Shown one piece after another: positions 54,731-64,000 of a stretch of DNA of 64,000 bases (its first letter is position 1; every line of letters starts with the position of its first letter). The DNA comes from Heptranchias perlo (Eukaryota). Under the pieces are notes generated by a model that had not been told where the DNA came from, did no database searches, and saw only the letters and a list, made by a program, of their open reading frames with translations. The stretch is from NCBI RefSeq assembly GCF_035084215.1, contig NC_090355.1:21886001-21950000 (forward strand), in the 5' to 3' direction. The translations under genes and the position numbers were made by a program.

Positions 54731-54837
54731 TTGGAGCTTGATGTTATGGTGGTGAAAATGTCGACTAGATGTTCTCTGCTGTTGTCGTGAAGCTACTGCA
54801 TCCTTTAAGTTATCATTCATTAGGAGTGGCAATCATA

Positions 54838-55430
54838 AAATTATAGAAAGGTTACAGCATGGAAGGAGACCATTCGGCCCATCGAATCCATGCCGGCTCT
54901 TTGCAAGAGCAATCTAGTTAGTCCCATTCCCCCACCCTATCTCCGTAGCCCTGCAAATTTTTTACTTTCAAGTACTTATCCAGTTCCCTTTTGAAGGCCA
55001 TGGTTGAATCTGCCTCCACCAACCCCTCAGGCAGTGCATTCCAGATCCTAACCACTCATTGTGTAAAAAGGTTTTCCCTCATGTCACCTTTGGTTCTTTT
55101 GCCAATCACCTTAAATCTATGCGGTCTGGTTCTTGATCCTTCCACCAATGGGAACAGTTTCTCTCCACCTACTCTGTCTAGATCCTTCATGATTTTGAAT
55201 ACCTCTATCAAATCTCCTCACAACCATCTCTATTCCAAGAAGAACAACCCCAGCTTCTCCAGTCTATTCACTTAACTGAAGTCTCTCATCCCTGGAATCA
55301 TTCTAGTAAATCTCTTCTGCACCCTCTCTAAGGCCTTCACACCTTTCCTAAAGTGCAGTGCCCAGATCTGGACACAATACTTCAATTGTGGCTGAACCAT
55401 TTTTTTATAAAGATTCATCATAACTTCCTT
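54838..55430 (-). mobile_element. CR1 LINE 3' fragment
   Basis: ORF 55272..55475 (MNLYK.MVQPQLKYCVQIW...ERVQKRFTRMIPG); closely similar to 26245-26800. Confidence 0.92.
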
Positions 55431-55440
55431 TAGTTTTCTT

Positions 55441-56668
55441 TCGGATAAGGTCTTGCCCAGTAGGAGGGGGGCCACTGAGGACTGAGGTGAACTGCCAGCA
55501 CGTTTCTGCAGGTAGCATCATCGCCCCTTTTGGTTGCTGACTTTCTCTGATGAACCCACTTTCACTGAGACTGAATGACTTTCCTTAGTTTAAAAATGTA
55601 CCCTTTGTTGATGAACATCTTGCTTGAAAATAAGCACAGTTCTCAATGGCTCAGTGAATAGTGCATCATGTGGCCTGGTCATTACTGAGCACAATAGATT
55701 CAGATTCAATCCTTGGTCTGTCCTGAGTTTGCTGATCTCAGCTGCAATAGTGGAGACACTAGAAATGGTCTCACTATCTGTCGGCTAGGAAAGGCAGGGT
55801 TCCTGCTCCTGATTGCTGTTCATTGATTTCTGTTGGGAATTGGACTTGTGTGGGTATGATGCCAGTCACACACCCCGCCCCCCCAAGATCGAATGACTTG
55901 GCAACTCTCTGGGTTCACACACTGAAGAAGTCACTTGGACGAGAAGCGAGATGCCGGCACTCGTTGAACTATAACCCTGCATGTGTCAGCAGCTTCAGGA
56001 GAGAGGGAGGGAGATGCGGGGCGGGGACTCTCTATCTTTGCATGGCAATGTATCTTTAACCTGCAAATTGCTGAGCTTAATGTCTCTCTGATGTTAGTAG
56101 CTCTGCTGGAAGGATTTGCCTTCTTTGGAGGAGGCTGGAAATCTCTTTAATTTCCAGACTTGCAGTTTGGTGTCAAAGAACGCAAATCCCAGAATTCAGT
56201 GTGGCTGCCGCCGCATGCGCAGTGGCCCGCCTGGCTCTCCGCCGTGACAGCCGCAGACGGAAGGTGTGAGTGAGGACTCGCGGGTGGTTGGAGAGAAAGG
56301 AGAAGAGGCGCCACGGGAGCGAGCGAGCGCCGTCCGCCGCCGTGTGTGTCCTGCCGTCCTCGGTGAGTCTCCCCATTGATGTGGTGGAGAGGGACTGGGA
56401 GGCTGTTGGAGGTTTAATTTTTGTCCCCCCCCCGCCCTCCGTGTTGCCGTGACTGAGTTTGCCTGAGGCTGTGGCCTAGCCCCTGTAGTAACAGCGAGGC
56501 GGCGGTTAGCCAGCGCAGGCCAGCGCCTCTGAGGCGCTCGGATCAGGTCTCGCCCAGTCGGAGGGGGAAGCCACTGAGGTGAACTGCCGGCCCGTTCCCG
56601 CAGGTAGCATTATCGCCCCTTTGGGTTGCCGACTTTCTCCGACGAGCCCACGTTCACTGAGACTGAAT
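55441..56668 (+). repeat. Dispersed direct repeat, ~130 bp (55441-55576 and 56538-56668)
   Basis: tcggat.aggtct.gcccagt.ggaggggg...actgaggtgaactgcc...gcaggtagcat.atcgcccct...ttcactgagactgaat in both. Confidence 0.9.
55640..56015 (+). mobile_element. Old tRNA-head SINE-like element
   Basis: tggctcagtgaa (A-box-like), gattcaatcc (B-box-like), body and tail shared with 42665 and 41835 copies. Confidence 0.6.
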
Positions 56669-56750
56669 AAATGGACCCCGAGACCGCCACTTGAACCCAA
56701 ATTCGGTCAGTGGAAGGTGCGCGGGCGCCCGCGCAGTGAACCTGTTTAAT
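56200..56750 (+). promoter_or_regulatory. CpG-island promoter with probable non-coding exon 1 (ends 56362); likely GAPVD1 by synteny
   Basis: Dense CpG; NRF1-like CGCATGCGCA at 56212-56221; donor CG|GTGAGT at 56363. GAPVD1 is the divergent neighbour of HSPA5 in human; no coding exon seen in the window. Confidence 0.65.
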
Positions 56751-59094
56751 ATTCCCACTGTAACCTGGAGGAGAATTGCTGTCTCTCATTTTAATACTGT
56801 ACTGTGAAAGCGTTTGAATGTTTATAGGGGTTGATTTCCGTGATTGACGCCTCACATTGGCAGACTGATGCACATCCTCTGTGTTCATACAATCTGATTA
56901 ACATGACATAGTTTTCTGGATTATGTTTCTTGAATTAGGGAAGACAATATCAAATACTTGTGTGTTTTTACCGCAGTAGGATAACGTATCACAAGTAATC
57001 TCGAACATTACTTTGAAATCGTTTTGCCTAGTTTTCCGTTAAACTAATGTTACCAACACGATCCATAACATTTTAACCATATATAATTTAACAAATGGTT
57101 TTAATTTACAGGGACAGTATTTTATGTGTTAGAATTACGACCCATAGCCTAGAAGTTATTTTTGATATTAGTGGAGAAATGCTTAATTTGTTGGAGTGAT
57201 CGTTTTTGTTCACTTTTAATGCAGGCATCATTTTGTGTATTTTAAATGGGTTAATGCTTTTGCTAAAATAGAGAATAGGGAATAATATGTCTTCGAGATT
57301 TGCCTGCCAATATCGCCAACAGTAGTATCCATTTTAAAAATAATGATGGAATTCTGTCATCTGCTTTCCGTCCTTAAAAGTAATTTTAGTTATAATAGTG
57401 TACAAAAGGTGGAATGCATTTTTAAAAAAAGTTGAATAAAGGCTCTGGTTACTGATTTGTGAAAGAGATAAATGAGGTATTTTGTGTACACAGTGCTTGA
57501 ATTTGTTTGTGTTGTGATTTCATAATCTGTGGATTTCACTGTACTGAGTATTGCACTGTCAACCAGTATAATAGTTTTGAAGTTGCTTCAAAAAGAATTA
57601 GCATAAGTGGTTGTCATGCCTTGTGTCCATCATGTGCTTGTACATGCCCATTTCTGTTTTTATCTTTTTCCCCCGCCCCCATCTCCCATCTCTTTCTCTC
57701 CACCTCTCCTCGCCGCCCGCCCCCCCCCCACCCCCCCGGCCAATGGTTGCTGAAACCACCACTCATCTCCAGATCATTTTTCCAATATTCCTTCCCAGCT
57801 TATCCAGAATTCTGCCATCTGCATCCTATTCTACCCAAAGTCTCTCTTTTTCTCATCTCCGTTGGTTCCTTGTTTCTCAGTGTATCAACTTCAGAATCCT
57901 TGTCCTTAATTATATGTCCTTCCATGAGCTTCACTGTATCTTATCTATACAATCACTTCAAGATCTATGAACATATAAAAAGGTCAAGAAAAGAACAACA
58001 TATCCATTAAGTCCACCCAATCTAGTCAGTAGTGCAACCTTGTAGACTGTACCCCTACTCTCCAGCATACTATGTCTAGGGACAGACTAAACAGAAGGAA
58101 AAAAACCTGCAACGAATTCAGGCAAATTCTGACTCCCTTCGGCAATCGAGTAAGCTGCAGGAGACTACAGTTGGCCATGAGTCATCACAATAACGAACTC
58201 GTATGACTGGAGATGCCATCTTCTGTCAGGATCTTGTTGCCTATTAAAGGAGTACATCCTGCTTACATCCTTCACTCTTCAACCTATGGAGTATTGTGCG
58301 CTTCCCTCTTCCGTCTGCTTTATCATTGTTGACGGAGGCTTTCAACTATCTGGAACACTTCCTTGAAACCCATCTGCCTTGCTATCTCTCCCCACGTTCA
58401 AATGGCTCCTTCAAATTTGCTTCATCAGTTAGCCTTTGGCCACTTTCCCTAATTTTACTTTTACTCCTGCTTTGGTCTGACACCCAACTGTCAAGTATCA
58501 ATGTTAAAAGCACTATATAATTGTAAGTTGTTTTGAGACTGGCCCTAAATTGTGTGTGCTTGATTTTCCCAGTACATGCAGATGTTAGATAAGTAGTGGG
58601 GGGGTTTCACATGTGCATGTGCTAAACCTGAATATAAATGGGCCAGTTTGATTTATTGTAAAATCCAGTTTATAGGTTGACCTTCATACCTAGGATATGA
58701 TTTGTGCTCCAGGATGATTGTGATTCTGTATGGTGATGGTGAGACACTTGAACTATATTTTATGGTAGTAAAGGATACACAAGTGCTGAAAACATACCTT
58801 AACATTTATGAAAGTTAAGAAATAATACTGAATGTATAGCATCTGAGTACTGTGTGGAATATGCACTATTCTGTTGCCCTTTTTTTGTTGTATCATCACT
58901 TTTTTTAGTACATTTTTATAATCTGATGTTACTCCATACTCAGTTCTTGCATATTTCCACTCTTTAAAAAAAACTTTGTTCCTTGCCAATTTTTTCCATC
59001 AGTTTTTCTCCTTGCTTCTGAAAATATTAGCTCCTTATTAGTATATTGTTCCACAGTCACAGTGCAGGGTCTTGACTCACCACAGGCTTGGATT

Positions 59095-59131
59095 TCACCT
59101 GATGAAGGAGATAATCTCCGAAAGCTTGTGA
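59095..59131 (+). ncRNA. Minimal type I hammerhead ribozyme motif
   Basis: TCAC-CTGATGA-A-GGAGA-taa-TCTCC-GAAA-GC-TT-GTGA: core boxes, stem II GGAGA/TCTCC, stem I TCAC/GTGA, stem III reduced to a palindrome. Confidence 0.65.
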
Positions 59132-59218
59132 TTTTAAAATAAATTTGTTGGACTATAACCTGGTGTTGTAAGATTCCTTACATTTGTCCACCCCAGTCCA
59201 TCACTGGCATCTTCACAT
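59096..59218 (+). mobile_element. 123-bp Penelope-terminus-like insertion with 9-bp TSD
   Basis: CTTGGATTT at 59087-59095 and 59219-59227; inserted in an older SINE-like copy (~58990-59560, - strand). Confidence 0.75.
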
Positions 59219-60629
59219 CTTGGATTTTCCTGATCTACACGGCTCAGCTACTCATTAAATAAATGTGTTCAGCCATTAAGGGAGCCCACTGTCACTTTTT
59301 GCATGTCTTTTACTTCTCACAGTGACCAATATTCATGTGTGAGACTTGTTGGTATCACTGGGCTACTGAAATGTGAGGCATCATTTCTGAACCTGATTCT
59401 GTCTTTACCTAACATTGATGCAGGTGCACTTCTAGAAGGGGGTCACTGAATACTGGTTAAGAGCAGCAACCTTGGCTGATCTTGTGACATCCTCCCCCCC
59501 CCCCCCCCCTGCCCCCCCACATGACTGAGGTTGTTTGCCCCTCTGATTCTGCCACCATCGCATTTTTGCCTTGCGTGTGCATTTCACTGGCATTGCATGG
59601 TTTCACGCAGTCAAAAGAACCCATCAAAGTGAGCAGGCGAACAGCCACACAACTGTAGCAGTGCAGAGCAACTATTTTGGTGGTCTTGCATTTTACCTGT
59701 GGCCTGTTAAATATGATCCAGTTCCGTGTGTTTTCAATGCTTGTGTCATGAGCATGCTGATGCACAGGACTGACTTAGCATCAATATCAATGGTAGCTTT
59801 TTTCTTTAGCTAGGTAGAGAAAGCAATCAAATTGCTCAATTTCTTTCCAAAGCTACTAACTGCCACAAAAAGAACGAACCAATTCAGTCAAACAATTTAC
59901 CATTTTGTTTGAGTGGCCATGTTGTTTCCACAGCCAACCAACTATATGCATGTAAAATAAAATTTATTTATAAATATACATGCATAAAAACTTAAATAAT
60001 TTGCATAAAAATATAATTGTGTGTGTAAAGTTGCCCATATCTTGTTGGCAATGCATGCATATTAGTTTTGCCCTCAAAGCCTTAGACTGTCTGAGGACCC
60101 AACCAAGCCACATGTGCTTCTTAGCTCAGCCTGGCCCAGTTGTGTACTGGTGAACCTGCCAACTACTTGGCCCTGCTCGATTAATCCCTCCTGTCTGGCA
60201 TCCTCGTCTCTCCATTTTTGCAAGCCTACCTCGTATTGTGGTATCTTAGCTCACAAATATTGCCTGAATGTCATTGGAAGATCCCCAATATTTCCAAAAA
60301 AAAACTTTGGGATAAATGTTTACTAAATTTTGTGGCCAAGTATCTGAATTGTGGAAGAAGAATTTTGACCATCTCTTAATGGCTTTCAGTTGTATTCAGC
60401 CAGTCGATAACAGTTGATAACAACTGTCACTGATAGCAAATAGGAGTGGTTGATAAAAGATTGAATTTAAGCTTTCATTATATTTAGATTTGTCAAGGAT
60501 GGTCAGTTTGTCAATTAGAGGATATTGTGTTGGTGCATTACTGGGTTACTTCATGAATGCGAAAAAGGCATAATTCAGTGCATTGCCGTCATCATTGAAT
60601 TATGAAGACTTTCATGACTGAAATTGTTT

Positions 60630-60835
60630 ATCTGTCTACTCAAAGTGGTGAGAATGTGGAACTCAGTGGTTGAGGTGAATAGTATAGATGTATTTAAGGG
60701 GAAGCTAAATAAGTGCACAAGGGAGAAAATAATAGAAGGATATCTTGATGGGGTGGGAGAAGGCTCCTGTGGAGCATAAACACCAGTATGCATCAGTTGG
60801 GCTGAATAGCCTGTTTGTGTGCTGTAAATTCTATG
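60630..60835 (+). mobile_element. CR1 LINE extreme 3' fragment
   Basis: gtggtgagaatgtggaactc...gtggttgagg...tttaaggggaagcta...gggctgaatagcctgt. Confidence 0.7.
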
Positions 60836-61114
60836 TAAAATTTTATTTATTCAAATGTGGAAAGGCATATTTAAATGGTGATGGAAACTTCAGAGGTCAC
60901 ACGGATATTTGTAATGTTTCAGTTGACAATTGCGAGCATTAAACGGTAGTATATGCGTTAGGAAATATTTAAGGGAGATAATGGGTGAATATCTACCTGG
61001 GCATGAGATCTAATATAAGGGTAAGTGCACAATGATGATTAAATATTCCTGAGTTCCTGAGCTGCTGGGACAATGAAACTAAATCAAGGAAAGCAAACAG
61101 TTTATGATTGGAAA

Positions 61115-61415
61115 GAAAGAAGGAACTTTCATTCAGACAGCACCTTTCACATGCTCAGGGCGTCTCAAAGTGCTTCACAGCTGATGCAATACTTTTGATG
61201 TTTAGTAACTTTTGTTACGTAGGTAAATGCGGCAGCGAATGTGTGCACAGCAAGGTCCCACACAGAGGAATGACCAGTTTATCAGTTTTGGTGTCGTTGG
61301 TTAAGGAATGACTGTCAGCAGGAGAACTTCCTTATCTTTGAATAGGATGGGATCTTGTACGTTCACCTGAACAGGTAGATGGGGCCTCAGTTTAATGACG
61401 CTTCCAAAAAAACAG
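61115..61415 (-). mobile_element. DeuSINE (SacSINE1-like) partial copy
   Basis: gcacagcaaggtcccaca...gggatcttgtacgttcacctga...ggggcctcagtttaa. Confidence 0.65.
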
Positions 61416-62596
61416 ATAATATAGGATGTAAGGTGAGATGGATATTCTGTAGTTTTGCTTGATGTTTACATCTTCGGATAGGGCAAAACTTTGCAAAACC
61501 TTTGCTCAGGAGGTTAGTGGATAGGGTAAAATCCATGATAGAGCAGATTGTACATGGTCTGTAGATGAAACCAGCTTGATGGGTGAATAGACTTCCATTT
61601 TTTGTTCTTGTGATGGATATTTTCACTTCCGCACCTTCCTTGTTTTTATTTCTCTTCCCTTTAGTTGGCCTGCAATATGAACAGTCCGTGATTAACCCCA
61701 GGGCCTCTGCCAATCTGTTCTGAAACAAACAGCCAGGAAGTGCGTGAGAGTGAGCAGCACAGGTGATCATCCCTCTCCCGCCCACTGATCATGGTAGGAA
61801 GCATGCGTTGTGCTTCCCCATTTCTGTAATATTTTTATTTTGCTGCTAGTGTTGGTGTATTTTCATTGTATCTAGATGTTATGAAGTAATTTGCCAACAG
61901 CATTTGCATCATTTGGGTTGGTGAGATACCTTCACACTGAAAATTTGATAAATTGATGCAGTGTTTGATTTACCACCCTTAAATGCCAGAGCATCCACTA
62001 AATGTAATAATTGCTTTGTGTGTACTTATTATAAGTTGTTAAGTAGATTTTTCTGTTGATGTTCCAATGCCTAGTACAGTGGTAGGCTGCAGTGTTATCT
62101 CAATTTCCAGCCACATGGTTTGTTATCTATTTGTCAAGCCATTGGATGATACAAAGCAGATGCTGTTTGCTTTCTTACAGGTAGGATAATAGGAGGGTGA
62201 AGCACTTGGTCATTTTCAAGCACTTCCAACAGCTAATTCAAATGACACTGACAGAGGTCTAATCAGAGCTTATTAGCCCACTGCCCTGGCTAGGGTTTGG
62301 AGTGGGTTGTGGTGCTTTCAAACAATGTTTTTTAAAAAAGTATATATTTTTAAAAAGTTAATTTTGCAGTGAGTTTTTAAATTGACAACTTTTGTACCTC
62401 AGAAGTTGTGTTAACATACTGGTTGGCCAGAGTGCTGGGTTAGAGATCGTACCAGGATTTCTGATGTCAGCCAAGCCTGTGAGGAGAGGTTGATGTTTGT
62501 GGTCTTGTTTTCTGCATCTGTACTAGTACTATATCCCATTTTTATTTATTTAAGTAAGAATTGCTAAATGGATTGTTGATCTAATTAACTTAAATA

Positions 62597-63015
62597 AGAA
62601 ACAAAGAGCTTGCATTTATGTAGCGCCTTTCACGATCTTAGGACGATCCAAAACGATTCACAGCCAATGTTATAATGCAGGAAAATGTGGCAGCCATTTT
62701 ACACACAGCAAGGTCTGACAAACAGCAATGCGATAAATGATCAATTAAAATTTTTTTTAAAGTTATGTTGGTTGAGTGCTAAATGTTGGCCAGGACACGG
62801 AGAGAACTCCCCTGCTCCTCGAATAGTGCCACGAGATCTTTTACAACCACCTGAGGGGGCAGACGGGGCCTTAGTTTAATGTCTCATCCAAAAGATAGCA
62901 TCCCTGACAGTACAGCACTCCCTTAGTACTGCACTGAAATGTCAGCCCAGATTATGTTCTCAAGTCTCTGGAGGGGGGGCTTGAACTTGCAATCTTCTGA
63001 GTCAGAGGCGGGAGT
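62597..63015 (-). mobile_element. DeuSINE (SacSINE1-like) near full-length copy
   Basis: ggccaggacacgg..gaactcccctgctc..gaatagtgcca...cacctgag..ggcagacggggcctt.gtttaa.gtctcatcc = reverse complement of the Deu domain as I recall it. Confidence 0.75.
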
Positions 63016-64000
63016 GTGATTCAAATAGAATGAAAGGAGATAAAACTTAGGCTAGCAAATATTCATGAACTATCAATGAAGTCCTATCAGGGACATTTAT
63101 AATGCACTCTCATCAGTAAATTGATTATAAAAAATAGATTTCTGTTCTAACATATGTTTGTCAAAAGGAAGGGAAAAATTGGAGGCTGAGTTAACTCATG
63201 CTGTTGCTGGGCAGCTTGTGGCAGCTGGTTATAATACACAGTTAACATCGCTTCAGAACATGTCTTTTTGGCTTCTTGGTTGGAGAAAAGTGCATGCTGG
63301 GGAGAAAAAGGCACAACCATTGGGTTGCAAGAGGAATGGTTTTAAAACCCTACACACAGTTTTAGAAGAACACTGCAAAAAGTACCTTTTTCGGCAGAGT
63401 GTAGCTAACAGCTGCCTTGATAACTTTTTCTGTTTTGACTTGTGGAGTAGACTGAAGGTCAGTAGTTTACAAAAGAAAGACTCAATACAAAACCGTGTTA
63501 TCTTTATTGTAAGCTATCTAATTATAAAAGCAACTTACTAAAATGCATGTATGATGTGTGATAGTAATTTACAAAAAAAACTATAGTTGACCATCAGTGG
63601 TATTTGACACTGCGGATGCACTACACTCATGAATTGAAGTTGTTTGTTACTTCCTTATTTCTGGGTATAGGTGAACTAGGAGAGGAAGCATTCATTTCTT
63701 GGGTTAGAAAATAAAAGAACCTCTGTACATCTGAGGAAACTTGTATTGGTATGTGATCCTGAGATTTTATGCAAAAGAAAAATCCACATACAGAGGCTGC
63801 TTTGTCCTTTGCATGCCCACGGCTGAGAGGAATGAAGGAAAAAATATTCTGTCGTTTATTTTGTGCTGACTGAATTGCAGTTGTTCATTCAGTAGGTTTT
63901 GGCAAAAATAATGCAAGTGAAGCACAAAATATAACAGTGTCATAGTTTTTAACATACAGCAAATATTTTTTGAATCCTTTGAGGAATGTTTGAAGCAATT

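Noticed and set aside
57507-58010. 167-aa and 119-aa overlapping ORFs
   Set aside because: Pyrimidine-rich low-complexity intronic sequence without stop codons by composition.
56363-64000. GAPVD1 coding exons
   Set aside because: No sequence resembling the GAPVD1 N-terminus was found; the gene identity rests on synteny only.

Overview
Vertebrate genomic DNA, most likely a cartilaginous fish (inferred from CR1/L2/Tx1 LINEs, DeuSINE/SacSINE1-type SINEs and Penelope-type short elements). It holds two complete spliced genes in tail-to-tail orientation: RABEPK on + (7 coding exons, 1165-15564, 385 aa, one GC-AG intron) and HSPA5/BiP on - (9 coding exons, 24943-19720, 650 aa ending KDEL, with a TATA box, two ERSEs and a heat-shock-element-like motif upstream). 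CpG-rich promoters at ~1-330 and ~56200-56750 fit the vertebrate order PPP6C-RABEPK-HSPA5-GAPVD1, but no PPP6C or GAPVD1 coding sequence is visible. The rest is mostly transposon-derived. Most notable: a 123-bp TSD-flanked element starting with a minimal hammerhead-ribozyme core (59096-59218), three local inverted duplications (28.9, 30.2, 41.5 kb), a CpG-decayed copy of promoter-island DNA at a CR1 5' junction, and very old RT relics. All was read by eye; repeat boundaries are approximate and no searches were run. I found no convincing wholly new protein-coding system.
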